A DNA stretch of 64,000 nt, taken from the NCBI GenBank assembly GCA_026627065.1, contig JAPNUO010000010.1, positions 14,179 to 78,178 on the forward strand. Reading direction: 5' to 3'. How positions within the stretch are numbered: position 1 is the stretch's first letter; each line of letters begins with the position of its first letter. Both the position numbers and the translations under genes were made by a program. The notes beneath the pieces are model-generated. The model saw nothing but the letters and a program-made list of their open reading frames with translations. It was not told the DNA's origin and searched no databases. The DNA is from Bacillota bacterium. Lineage in GTDB: Bacteria; Bacillota; Sulfobacillia; Sulfobacillales; Sulfobacillaceae. This document shows, piece by piece, positions 1 through 10,234 of the stretch.

Positions 1-33
1 GTATCGAAAATGATGACGCGGTCGCTCATGCGC

Positions 34-1376
<1,343 letters not shown>

Positions 1377-1384
1377 TAGCCCCT

Positions 1385-1643
1385 TCCCTCCCTCGACTGA
1401 ATCTTCTTCATAAACAGAACGTCCCTTTCCCGCAGGAAAGGGACGTTTCCACGTGGTACCACCCTTCTTCCCCCGCCAATGGCGAGGCTCGACATGGATA
1501 ACGGCATGACCCGCTTTTTTCTCCGAACACCATCGAAAAAAGAGCTCCGGGGCGAGGATCCGCGTTCGGCGTCTTAGGCTTGCACCTGACCCTAAGTCGC
1601 TGTCAAGCGCCTTGCGCAGCGCTCCCCTTCATCACCGCAATTA
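1385..1643 (-). promoter_or_regulatory. T-box riboswitch leader controlling the ACT-protein/ilvC unit (candidate Leu CUC specifier)
   Basis: On the minus strand there is a K-turn-like GGTGATGAAGGGG, an AG bulge AGCGA, and a distal loop GGTGCAA inside the stem CTTAGG/CCTAAG. The specifier-loop candidate is GAACGCGGATCCTCG (CUC = complement of nt 1554-1556, followed by a purine). The conserved T-box sequence GGGTGGTACCACG is the complement of 1452-1464 and sits immediately 5' of a terminator hairpin. Confidence 0.7.
1417..1449 (-). terminator. T-box leader terminator hairpin
   Basis: Near-perfect stem GAAACGTCCCTTTCC / GGAAAGGGACGTTC with loop TGCG on the minus strand, followed by TGTTTATG. 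The 5' arm can alternatively pair with the T-box sequence to form the antiterminator. Confidence 0.7.
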
Positions 1644-1649
1644 TGAACT

Positions 1650-1678
1650 ATTATAGCAAAAATCCTTCGCGAACATAA
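1650..1678 (-). promoter_or_regulatory. candidate sigma-A promoter for the T-box leader
   Basis: Minus strand reads TTATGT, a 17-nt spacer, then TATAAT, with an extended -10 TG (tTGcTATAAT). Confidence 0.5.
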
Positions 1679-1810
1679 GACCTTGTCGAACTTCCCTCGA
1701 CAATTCTTGCTCCCGGCGAAGCCGAGCGCCTGCGAGGCCATATTCGCTACATGGGAGATAGTTATTCTCTGAACAAGCGAAAATTCCTGCTGGCCGCCCA
1801 AAAAAATTTT

Positions 1811-3520
1811 TTACTTCTCCCAAATGGTTGTGCGGGCCCCGAGACTCGCGGAGGCAAAGAGCCGCTGATACTTGGCCAGGACCCCTCCCGTGTATTGCGG
1901 ATCAGGACGCACCCACCGCGCGCGCCGCCGCTCCAGTTCCTCATCCGGCACATTCACCGAGAGTTCGCGGCGCTCAGAGTCGATCACGATTTCGTCGCCG
2001 TCCTCCACCAAAGCAATGACGCCGCCAACCCACGCTTCCGGCGACACGTGACCGACCATGGGACCGCGCGTCGCCCCGGAAAACCGGCCATCGGTGACCA
2101 TGGCCACGTCCGAGACATGCCCCTGGCCGACAATCGCCGCCGTCACGCTGAGCATCTCCCGCATGCCCGGCCCCCCTTGCGGCCCCTCGTAGCGAATTAC
2201 TACCACGTCGCCCGACTGAATTTTCCCCTCGGAGATGGCTTGAAACGCATTTTCCTCGCCATCAAACACCCGGGCTCGTCCTCGAAAGCGGACTTTCCCG
2301 GACGGATCAGTGACTTTCAGCACCGCCCCCTCGGACGCCAGATTACCTTTCAAGATCACCAACGCCCCGTCAGGATGAAGCGGCTTGGCCACCGGGTAGA
2401 CAATCCGCTCGGCCTCCGGATCGTCCGGCAAGGGGTACTGGCGCACTTCCTCGCCCAGCGTGCGGCCCGTAATGGTCAACACATCTTCGTGGAGAAGCCC
2501 CGCGTCCAACAGTCGGCGCAGGATCAGGGGAACGCCGCCCACCCGGAAAAGATCCGCCATGAGGTACTCTCCACCCGGCTTCAGGTTTCCGATGTGGGGC
2601 GTCTCCCGGCTGATGCGGTCGAAGTCTTCCAGCGTCAGCGGCACGCCCGCTTCGCCGGCAATGGCCATCAAATGCAAAACACTGTTGGTGGATCCGCCCA
2701 ACGCCGCCGCCACCCGAATCGCGTTTTCAAACGCCTTCACCGTTAAAATATCCCGCGGCCGGATGCCCAGCGCCAGCGTCTCTAGTATTTGCTGGCCGAC
2801 CTGGCGGGCGGCCGCTTGACGCTGAGGATGCATCGCCGGAATGGCTGAAGTGCCCAATTTTGCCATGCCCAACGTTTCCACCAAGGTCCCCATGGTGTTG
2901 GCGGTAAAAAGGCCGCCGCACGTCCCCGGTCCCGGGCAGGCCACGCGCTCGAGCTCGTCCAGTTCCGCCTCAGTCATGCGCCCGGCCGCATGGGCTCCCA
3001 CCGCTTCAAACACGTCCTCGATGCTGACCGCCTTGCCCCGAAACTGTCCCGGCATCATCGTTCCCCCATACAGGACGACGGTGGGAATGTTTAAGCGGGC
3101 CGCGGCCATGAGAATGCCGGGAAGATTCTTGTCGCACCCCCCAATGGCGACGAGGGCGTCAAACCCTTCCGCAAAGGTCACAATTTCAATCGAGTCGGCG
3201 ATGATTTCGCGGCTAATGAGCGACCCCTTCATGCCCTGGTGACCCATAGCGATGGCATCGCTGACAGTAATGGCCGGAAATTCAATCGGAGTGCCGCCCG
3301 CCTCGCGCACTCCCGCCTTCACCTCGCGCGCCACCTGGTCCAAGTGAAAGTTGCACGGGGTCACCTCGGTGGCCAAATTGGCCACACCCACAAACGGTTG
3401 GCGAAAATCCTTATCGGTGAGGCCCGTGGCCCGGTACATGCTGCGGTGCGGGGCCCGTTCAGGGCCGTCCACGGTGATGCGGCTGCGCGCCCGGACATCG
3501 AACGAAGACTGCTGATCCAC
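1811..3520 (-). CDS. ilvD: dihydroxy-acid dehydratase
   Basis: 569-aa ORF with a GTG start behind GAGGAGGG. IlvD/Edd family blocks are present (GVANLATEVTPCNFHL, IGGCDKNLPG, CPGPGTCGG, TDGRFSGAT). Confidence 0.95.
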   Translation of the reverse strand: MDQQSSFDVRARSRITVDGPERAPHRSMYRATGLTDKDFRQPFVGVANLATEVTPCNFHLDQVAREVKAGVREAGGTPIEFPAITVSDAIAMGHQGMKGSLISREIIADSIEIVTFAEGFDALVAIGGCDKNLPGILMAAARLNIPTVVLYGGTMMPGQFRGKAVSIEDVFEAVGAHAAGRMTEAELDELERVACPGPGTCGGLFTANTMGTLVETLGMAKLGTSAIPAMHPQRQAAARQVGQQILETLALGIRPRDILTVKAFENAIRVAAALGGSTNSVLHLMAIAGEAGVPLTLEDFDRISRETPHIGNLKPGGEYLMADLFRVGGVPLILRRLLDAGLLHEDVLTITGRTLGEEVRQYPLPDDPEAERIVYPVAKPLHPDGALVILKGNLASEGAVLKVTDPSGKVRFRGRARVFDGEENAFQAISEGKIQSGDVVVIRYEGPQGGPGMREMLSVTAAIVGQGHVSDVAMVTDGRFSGATRGPMVGHVSPEAWVGGVIALVEDGDEIVIDSERRELSVNVPDEELERRRARWVRPDPQYTGGVLAKYQRLFASASLGARTTIWEK

Positions 3521-3642
3521 CTATCAAACCCTCCTCAGCTTCAGGGGATGGACACTGGTTAACGGCATCCATTGCCATTGGATATGATCACGATGAGCGA
3601 GTCACCATGTTGTCGTTAATTATCGCCTATTATGGCGAATAA

Positions 3643-4038
3643 TCAAGATTGTCTCGCCGAGAACCCCTCCGCGGAGGACGCGACCTCGGTCTTTCCAAGA
3701 GGTCTCGCGCTCGGATGGACAATGCGGCAGGACGCCACCCCGTCCAAATGGTCCTGCAAAATGGCGCTTCCTAAATCCAGCAGCTGCACCACCCGCGGAT
3801 CGCGAATGCGGTAGTACACAAAGCGCCCGCGAACCTCGGCGACCACCAGCCCGCAATTCTTTAGACACGCCAAATGATTCGAGAGATGGCCCTGCCCAAT
3901 CTGTAAACGCTGGACGAGTTCGCCGACGTTTAGGGCTCCGTCGTTCCGAAGATATTCGAGCACCTTAATCCGAAGGGGATGGCTCAATGCCTGCCAAAAG
4001 CTCGCCAACAAACCTTCCCGCGTCTCCTCCGCCAACAT
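3643..4038 (-). CDS. ArsR/SmtB-family metalloregulator, CmtR-like (thiolate alpha-4C type)
   Basis: 131 aa from the ATG at 4038, which is preceded by GGAGGTGA at 7-nt spacing. The wHTH block is LSHPLRIKVLEYL...LSNHLACLKNCGLVVAE. It has Cys58, Cys62 and a C-terminal Cys104. It lies 23 nt downstream of merA. The track ORF extends to a TTG at 4077. Confidence 0.85.
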   Translation of the reverse strand: MLAEETREGLLASFWQALSHPLRIKVLEYLRNDGALNVGELVQRLQIGQGHLSNHLACLKNCGLVVAEVRGRFVYYRIRDPRVVQLLDLGSAILQDHLDGVASCRIVHPSARPLGKTEVASSAEGFSARQS

Positions 4039-4061
4039 CGCGTCACCTCCGGTTTTTTCCG

Positions 4062-5723
4062 CTATCCTGCGCAGCAAGAAAGTTTGGTGACATCCTGATC
4101 AAATGCGAGGGCCGCCAGCTTCAATCCCTCGGCCATGGTCAGGTAAGGTGCCAGGGTGTCAGCCAGATCCCGGACTGTGAGGCCAAACTTGACCGCCAAC
4201 TCCGCGGCATAAATCACGTCGCCGGCATTGTCCGCCACCACCTGCACCCCTCGAATGCGTCCGGCCCCCTCCTCCGCCACCATTTTGACGATTCCCTCGG
4301 TTTCCCGGTTGACCAGCGCCCGGGGCACACGGTCCAGGGGGAGCGCCACTGACCGCACATGCAGGCCTTGGCGTGCTGCCGCTTCTTCCGTCATGCCCAC
4401 CGCCGCAATGGCCGGATGGGTAAAGGCCACCCGCGGCACCGCGCCTAAGTCAATCCGCTCGGCATGAGACGTCAGTTGCAACGCGTTTCTAGCCGCGACT
4501 TTCCCTTCGTACGCCGCCACGTACACAAATTGCGGTCCCATGGTCACATCGCCGGCCGCATAAATCCGGGGATTCTGCGTCTGTAACGTCTCGTCTACAA
4601 TCGGTTCGCCCCGAGATCCGGTCGCCACGCCGGCGACATCTAAGGCCAAGCCATCCGTGTTAGGCTGTCGGCCGGCTGCCACCAGCAGCGCATCGCCTTC
4701 AATCACCCTAAGCCTCCCGTTTATGTCAACCTCTACCACGATTTGGCTGCCGCGCGACGCCACTCGGCGATATTGCACTCCGGTGACCACTTCGATGCCT
4801 TGGCTCGCCAGCATGTCGCGCACGACTGTCCGCACGTCGCAATCGTATTCGGGAAGCAAGTCTGCGCCGCGCTGAATGAGGGTCACGGCCGATCCCCACC
4901 GCCGAAAGAGTTGGCCGAATTCCAAGGCGATATATCCCGCCCCGATGACGACTAGATGGCCGGGAGGCTGAACGAGGGAAAGCGCCGTAGTGCTCGTCAA
5001 ATAGGGAACACTGTCGATTCCTGGAATCGCCGGAATATAGGGCCGGGCGCCCGTCGCCAGGAGAAAGCGATGCGCCGTAATCAGCCGGTCATTGACGCGG
5101 ATCGTGCGCGGATCGATGAACTGAGCCTCGCCGCGCCAATACAAAATCCCGTAGGTTTCCAGCAAATCCTCGTATTTTTCTTTTCTCAAGGTCGCCACCA
5201 AGCGATCCTTTTCGGCAATAACAGTTTCAAGATGCGGCGATCCCGCCGAGGTGTTAAGCCCGGGGAAGGGACTTTGACGCGCCCAGTGATAAAGTTCGCT
5301 AGCGCGGAGCAATGTTTTGGAGGGCACGCATCCTACGTTGACGCACGTCCCGCCAATAACCCCCCGCTCTACCACCGCCACCCGCGCCCCCGCTTGGCGA
5401 GCCTCAATAGCGGCGGCCAATCCCGCGCTCCCCGAGCCGATGACGACTAAGTCGAACTCATCCTGCCCCCAGGGTCGGTGTGCAACAGGCGCTTTTGAGG
5501 GCTCCGCTGCAAGGGCCACCGGGCGGTAGCCGGCGTCGCTCACCGCCTGAAACACTGCCGCTTGGGACAGGTCCGGTGGTCCCCAAAAAAGGGCTAGACC
5601 TCTTCGAAAACTGACCTCTTCCGGCCGCGTCCCAATGGCCTCCAGCGCCTCTTTGACGTGTTGCTCGCAATCGGAGCAGGTCATGCCGTCCACCGTCAGG
5701 CGATACTGGATCTCGGAATCCAT
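4062..5723 (-). CDS. merA: mercuric reductase with N-terminal HMA domain
   Basis: 553 aa. HMA motif GMTCSDC, FAD motif VVIGSGSAG, redox-active GGTCVNVGCVPSK, and the diagnostic C-terminal Cys pair ...KLSCCAG. Confidence 0.95.
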   Translation of the reverse strand: MDSEIQYRLTVDGMTCSDCEQHVKEALEAIGTRPEEVSFRRGLALFWGPPDLSQAAVFQAVSDAGYRPVALAAEPSKAPVAHRPWGQDEFDLVVIGSGSAGLAAAIEARQAGARVAVVERGVIGGTCVNVGCVPSKTLLRASELYHWARQSPFPGLNTSAGSPHLETVIAEKDRLVATLRKEKYEDLLETYGILYWRGEAQFIDPRTIRVNDRLITAHRFLLATGARPYIPAIPGIDSVPYLTSTTALSLVQPPGHLVVIGAGYIALEFGQLFRRWGSAVTLIQRGADLLPEYDCDVRTVVRDMLASQGIEVVTGVQYRRVASRGSQIVVEVDINGRLRVIEGDALLVAAGRQPNTDGLALDVAGVATGSRGEPIVDETLQTQNPRIYAAGDVTMGPQFVYVAAYEGKVAARNALQLTSHAERIDLGAVPRVAFTHPAIAAVGMTEEAAARQGLHVRSVALPLDRVPRALVNRETEGIVKMVAEEGAGRIRGVQVVADNAGDVIYAAELAVKFGLTVRDLADTLAPYLTMAEGLKLAALAFDQDVTKLSCCAG

Positions 5724-5748
5724 GTGCTGTACCTCCCTCTTTTATGCC

Positions 5749-5772
5749 ATCATAATATTCTTATATCATAAT
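5749..5772. promoter_or_regulatory. AT-rich divergent merA/leuC promoter region with a duplicated ATCATAAT box
   Basis: ATCATAAT occurs at 5749-5756 and 5765-5772 in the only AT-rich stretch between merA (-) and leuC (+). These could be -10 elements or an ArsR-type operator. No clean 12-2-12 palindrome was found. Confidence 0.3.
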
Positions 5773-5906
5773 TTTACAATACATTGAGCATCGACTGCCA
5801 TCGGCGGGTTCGCGGTCCCAGACGGCGAGAGCGGCGCCCTCTAGCTTCTCCACCCCAAGAAGGGTACAATGAGGGACAACACCCGGGAACGGAAGGATTG
5901 GTGACA

Positions 5907-7328
5907 ATGGCAGCGGAGACGCTCTTTGAGAAGATCTGGAGACAGCATATCGTCTACCAGGAAGCGCCTGACAAGGCCGCCCTCATCTACATTGACCGAC
6001 ACTACATCCACGAAGTCACGTCTCCTCAAGCATTTGAGGGGCTTCGCCAAGCCGGTCGGCGGGTACGCCGGCCCGATCTGACTGTTGCGGTCATGGACCA
6101 CAACGTGCCGACCAGCGACCGCTCTCTCCCCATACAAGACGAGATTGCCCGGCGCCAAATGGAGCAACTAGCCATTAACTGCCGTGAATTTGAGATCCCG
6201 CTGTTTGACCTCCATCACCCGGACCAAGGCATTGTCCACATTATCGGTCCGGAAATGGGATTTACTCAGCCCGGCATGACCATTGTCTGCGGGGACAGCC
6301 ACACGTCCACCCACGGCGCGTTTGGCGCCTGGGCCTTCGGCATTGGCACCAGCGAAGTCGAGCACGTGCTCGCGACGCAAACCCTGTGGCAGAGCCGCCC
6401 CAAGACCATGGAGGTCCGCTTTGTGGGTCGACGTCCGGAGGGGACCACCGCGAAAGACATGATCTTGGCCCTCATTCGGCAGATCGGGGTAGCCGGCGCC
6501 ACCGGCTACGTCATCGAGTACACCGGCGAGGCGGTCTCCCAACTCAGCATGGAAGAGCGGATGACGCTCTGCAACATGTCGATCGAGGCAGGCGCGCGGG
6601 CCGGCATGATCTCCCCCGACGAGACGACTATCGCCTACCTGGCATCGCGTCCCTACACGCCGAAAGGCGCGGCTTTCGAGGAGGCGCGTCAGCGGTGGCT
6701 CGCGCTGGCCACCGACCCCGGCGCAGAGTTCGATCGAGTGGTCGAAGTCGATATCAGCCAATTGGCGCCGATGGTGACCTGGGGCACCAACCCCGAGATG
6801 AGCGCCCCCATTACCGAGCGGGTGCCCGATCCCGAGGACGAGCCAGATCCGGTGCGACGCGAAATGATGAAAAAAGCCTTGGAGTACATGGATCTCAAGC
6901 CGGGCACCCCTCTCTCGGAAATTCGCATCCAGCGCGTCTTTATTGGTTCCTGCACCAACGGCCGGCTGGAGGATCTGGAACGAGCAGCCCGGATTATTCA
7001 AGGCCGCCACGTGGCGCCGGGAGTGCGCGCCATGGCCGTTCCCGGATCCGGACGGGTCAAGCGGGCAGCGGAAGCCCAGGGACTGGATCGCATCTTTCGT
7101 GAGGCGGGTTTTGAATGGCGCGAACCGGGCTGCAGCATGTGTCTCGGCATGAACGAGGACATTTTGGCCCCGGGCGAGCGATCGGCATCCACTTCCAACC
7201 GCAATTTCGAAGGGCGCCAAGGCCGAGGGGGCCGTACTCATCTTGTGAGTCCGGAAATGGCGGCAGCCGCCGCGATTACCGGCCACCTGACCGACGTCCG
7301 CACGCTGTCATCGGAGGTGCTGAGTTAA
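5907..7328 (+). CDS. leuC: 3-isopropylmalate dehydratase large subunit
   Basis: Aconitase-family blocks ([47 protein letters not shown]). The ATG at 5907 follows GGAAGGA. The track ORF starts at 5784, but that extension is Arg-rich and non-homologous. Confidence 0.93.
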   Translation: MAAETLFEKIWRQHIVYQEAPDKAALIYIDRHYIHEVTSPQAFEGLRQAGRRVRRPDLTVAVMDHNVPTSDRSLPIQDEIARRQMEQLAINCREFEIPLFDLHHPDQGIVHIIGPEMGFTQPGMTIVCGDSHTSTHGAFGAWAFGIGTSEVEHVLATQTLWQSRPKTMEVRFVGRRPEGTTAKDMILALIRQIGVAGATGYVIEYTGEAVSQLSMEERMTLCNMSIEAGARAGMISPDETTIAYLASRPYTPKGAAFEEARQRWLALATDPGAEFDRVVEVDISQLAPMVTWGTNPEMSAPITERVPDPEDEPDPVRREMMKKALEYMDLKPGTPLSEIRIQRVFIGSCTNGRLEDLERAARIIQGRHVAPGVRAMAVPGSGRVKRAAEAQGLDRIFREAGFEWREPGCSMCLGMNEDILAPGERSASTSNRNFEGRQGRGGRTHLVSPEMAAAAAITGHLTDVRTLSSEVLS

Positions 7329-7330
7329 TC

Positions 7331-7939
7331 ATGAAAGAATTCGTGCGTCACACCGGTCTGGTCGCGCCGCTTAACCGCAGCAACGTGGACACCGACCAAA
7401 TTATTCCGAAGCAATTTCTGAAGCGGATTGAACGCACGGGGTTTGGCCAGTTTCTCTTCTTCGACTGGCGCTTCGACGACGACGGCAGGCCCCGTCCGGA
7501 CTTTATCCTCAACCAACCGCCCTACAACACGGCCACCATTCTGCTAGCCGGGGCCAACTTCGGCTGCGGCTCATCCCGCGAGCACGCTCCCTGGGCGTTG
7601 GCCGACTTTGGCTTTCGGGCCATCATCGCTCCGTCGTTTGCGGACATCTTCTACAACAACTGCTTCGAAAACGGGTTGTTGCCCGTCATTTTGCCGGAGG
7701 AAGCGGTGAGCCAACTTTTTCAGCTGGCGGAGGAAGCGCCGCTCACCTTAACCGTGGATCTGGAAGCGCAAACGGTGCGCGACGCGCATGGGCGATTTTC
7801 GTCGCCGTTTACGGTGAATCCGGAGCGCCGCCAAAAATTGCTGAAGGGCCTCGATTCTATTGGCGAAACGCTTCTTCACGAAGACGCCATCCGGGCCTAC
7901 GAAGAAACCCACCAGCTGATTTCCCTGCCGTCGCTTTAA
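7331..7939 (+). CDS. leuD: 3-isopropylmalate dehydratase small subunit
   Basis: Starts [32 protein letters not shown], with [17 protein letters not shown] further in. The ATG is 2 nt after the leuC stop. Confidence 0.93.
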   Translation: MKEFVRHTGLVAPLNRSNVDTDQIIPKQFLKRIERTGFGQFLFFDWRFDDDGRPRPDFILNQPPYNTATILLAGANFGCGSSREHAPWALADFGFRAIIAPSFADIFYNNCFENGLLPVILPEEAVSQLFQLAEEAPLTLTVDLEAQTVRDAHGRFSSPFTVNPERRQKLLKGLDSIGETLLHEDAIRAYEETHQLISLPSL

Positions 7940-7944
7940 CCCGC

Positions 7945-7980
7945 ACGAAAAGCGGCCGCCCTCGGGTGGCCGCTTTTCGT
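7945..7980. terminator. 13-bp-stem hairpin between convergent leuD and the HTH gene
   Basis: ACGAAAAGCGGCC - 10-nt loop - GGCCGCTTTTCGT, followed by GATTTC on the plus strand. Confidence 0.6.
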
Positions 7981-8003
7981 GATTTCTGGCCCGGCAGCCT
8001 CGG

Positions 8004-8648
8004 CTATTCTCCTGGGTTCTTTTCCGCTCGCTTCAGCTGTTCTTCCACCCAAGCCAAGCGGTCCTCAATGTCAGCCTTGCGCGCCTCCAGGTGCCGCTTC
8101 ATGGACCGCAGCCATAAAACGGAGTGCGGCCGATCGCTGTCGTCTTCGTGATCCCACGGGCCCCAGCCCGGGCCTCCGTAAAAGCCGCGACCGCCCATGG
8201 GGCCATGCCCGCGACGATGCATGCCATAATGCGACATGGTGTCCTCCTCGTCTTCCCTCGCCCACTCGTCCGCGAGCGAGATCTTCGTTGTCTCTTCCTC
8301 AGAACGATAGAGCACCGCCTCCCATCCCAAGATGTCGGACCCGGTGACTTCGCCGCCCTGGGTGAGAGACAATTCCTGATTGCGAAGAAAGCGCACGCTG
8401 ACGCCCAAATATGTGGCGGCCTCTTCTAAGCGATAGCGGCCGTCCGGCTTCAGAGGCTCCAAGGCGGGAATGGCTTGCCCTACGACTTTCGCCAGCCGTG
8501 CCACCTCGTCGTACGGAATGCGCCGATGGCTTCCCCCGCTCAAGCGCAAACTCTGAACTTCTCCCGTCACGAGCCATCGCCGCAGGGTGGGGGGACGCAC
8601 ATTCAACGCTTCACACACCTCCTGCACCGACCAATATTTGGGCACCAT
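8004..8648 (-). CDS. excisionase/MerR-type HTH protein with an acidic and Gly/His-rich middle and a C-terminal coiled coil
   Basis: 214 aa. The N-terminus WSVQEVCEALNVRPPTLRRWLVTGEV...RIPYDEV is HTH_17-like. The C-terminal part HGPMGGRGFYGGPGWGPW followed by LEARKADIEDRLAWVEEQLKRAE resembles DUF5320-type proteins. Confidence 0.6.
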   Translation of the reverse strand: MVPKYWSVQEVCEALNVRPPTLRRWLVTGEVQSLRLSGGSHRRIPYDEVARLAKVVGQAIPALEPLKPDGRYRLEEAATYLGVSVRFLRNQELSLTQGGEVTGSDILGWEAVLYRSEEETTKISLADEWAREDEEDTMSHYGMHRRGHGPMGGRGFYGGPGWGPWDHEDDSDRPHSVLWLRSMKRHLEARKADIEDRLAWVEEQLKRAEKNPGE

Positions 8649-9082
8649 GCTATCACCTTCCTGGAATAAATTATATATCAGTTATTCCACCCGTCAACAA
8701 AAAATTTTCCCCTGCGCACCCCTTCCGGCAACTGCCGCCACCCTGGCCCTTCGGGAAGGATCTAACGACGGGGCAGGGAGCGCGCAAAGAGATGTTCCCG
8801 CGTGTCGGCGGCAACCGTGCCGCCCGTGCGATCCCCAGGGGCCGCGTGTCCTGCTGGTTGTCAACCGCGAGCGCCCGCAACTCTCTCGAGCGCCAAGCTA
8901 GACGCTGGGGGACGCTCGACATCGGCACGGCGGCAAATCGCTGGCCCCTGGACCGATCCACGCCCCCAGCGGCCGTTGATGCGCCGCCAGGTCTAAACGT
9001 CAAGTGCTTCCTCTAAGACTGCCTAGCTCAGGCGCGCGTTTGATGATCGCCGAGATGGCGTGGGTCGCGCCACAGGCATCTT

Positions 9083-10234
9083 TTACCGCCGAGCCCTGAC
9101 AGCAATTTCCTTCAGAAGATCGTGGCTGATGGCCGGCACCGTATAGCCGCGCGGTTTGACCGTCGTCATGGGCTTGGCCTGGGTCAACGCGTTCAGAATG
9201 GCTTCTTCCACCGCTTGCACCACCCCTTCATAAAGGGCATCGCAGTAGGTGTCATGCAGCGCTGTCCAAGTCCCCGTGGGAGCGGCCCGGTGCGGTAGGG
9301 GCACGGTGCCTGCGGTCGAAAAGGCGAGAAAGAGATCGCCGGAACTGTTGCCGCCAATGGTGCCCTGGCGCCCCATGCCGAGAACGGCGCGGCGGGCTAG
9401 CCGCCGCAGTTGATGGGGCAACAGTGGCGCGTCGGTCGCAATGACGGCAATCAGCGAGCCGCGCTCGACAGGGCTGAGCCAGACCGACGGAGGCGGGGCG
9501 GCCATCGACGCCACCCGCACCCCCAAGATTTCCAGCCATTCCCACCGCCCGTGATTGGCCTGAACCAAGACCCCCACGGTATAGAGATGGCCGGCAATGG
9601 TCACCTGGCGCGAAGCGGTGCCCGTTCCCCCTTTATACCCGTAGGCAATCATGCCGGTTCCCCCGCCTACGTTGCCTTCCGGCACCGGTCCTGCCTGTGC
9701 CCCGTTCAGGGCGGCCCACACGTGCTCGGCAGTCACCGCGGGATAGTTGATGTCGTTGAGGACGCCATCATAGGTTTCGGCAACCACGGGCAACGCCCAA
9801 TGGTGCACCGGCTCGAAGTCGTCTGGATAGCGCGCGAGCATCCAGCGCACCGCCGCGTAATGAGCCATCCCAACCGCATGCGTGTTGGTCAAGATGATCG
9901 GACCCGCAAGATATCCCCCGTCCTCAATCCAGTGAGTGCCGGTCATTTCGCCATTGCCGTTAAATCGACACACGCCGGCCCATACGCCTTCCAGGGGCTG
10001 ACGGTACCCGCGGGGCAAGATGGCCGTCACGCCGGTCCGGACCGGTCCGTGATCGCACCCCGCTTCCTCCGCCCGCTCGTCAAGCAAGGTCGTCATGCCC
10101 ACCAACACCCCCGGCACATCGGTCATGGCGTTGAACGGGCCAGGCGTCCCCGGAAATGCCAGACCCAAATCACGTGCCCGCACCATCCGTGTCGCCGCTT
10201 CCCTTCTAACCTTAGAAATCCAGCAGCCGCTCAC
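9083..10234 (-). CDS. P1/S58-family aminopeptidase (DmpA/BapA-like)
   Basis: 383 aa with NAMTDVPGVLVG, GVTAILP and the self-processing-type block GNVGGGTGMIAYGYKGGTGTAS. The GTG start overlaps the upstream permease stop (TAGTGA). An alternative ATG lies at 10186. Confidence 0.8.
   Translation of the reverse strand: MSGCWISKVRREAATRMVRARDLGLAFPGTPGPFNAMTDVPGVLVGMTTLLDERAEEAGCDHGPVRTGVTAILPRGYRQPLEGVWAGVCRFNGNGEMTGTHWIEDGGYLAGPIILTNTHAVGMAHYAAVRWMLARYPDDFEPVHHWALPVVAETYDGVLNDINYPAVTAEHVWAALNGAQAGPVPEGNVGGGTGMIAYGYKGGTGTASRQVTIAGHLYTVGVLVQANHGRWEWLEILGVRVASMAAPPPSVWLSPVERGSLIAVIATDAPLLPHQLRRLARRAVLGMGRQGTIGGNSSGDLFLAFSTAGTVPLPHRAAPTGTWTALHDTYCDALYEGVVQAVEEAILNALTQAKPMTTVKPRGYTVPAISHDLLKEIAVRARR

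Noticed and set aside
1751-2746. 331-aa plus-strand ORF, with neighbouring ORFs at 2460-2819, 2841-3242 and 3239-3562
   Set aside because: They are antisense to ilvD, have no family similarity, and show an Arg/Pro/His-rich shadow-ORF composition.
5784-5906. N-terminal extension of leuC in the ORF track (similarly 7115-7330 for leuD, 33438-33635 for the GT-like gene, 37471-37923 for marR, and 20258-20446)
   Set aside because: The extensions are basic or low-complexity, lack homology, and skip over good SD-plus-ATG/GTG sites located where the homologous protein begins.
5724-5906. Possible second T-box or leucine leader peptide upstream of leuC
   Set aside because: The region is only about 180 nt and has no GGGTGGTACC box, no terminator hairpin and no Leu-rich mini-ORF.
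6168-7286. 372-aa minus-strand ORF, plus the 238-aa ORF at 6386-7102 (+)
   Set aside because: They are antisense or out of frame within leuC. These are GC-driven shadow ORFs.
8671-9003. Overlapping 60-200-aa ORFs on both strands in the 8649-9082 spacer
   Set aside because: They overlap one another, are Arg/Pro/Ala-rich and have no SD or family similarity. The region is probably non-coding promoter DNA for the HTH gene.
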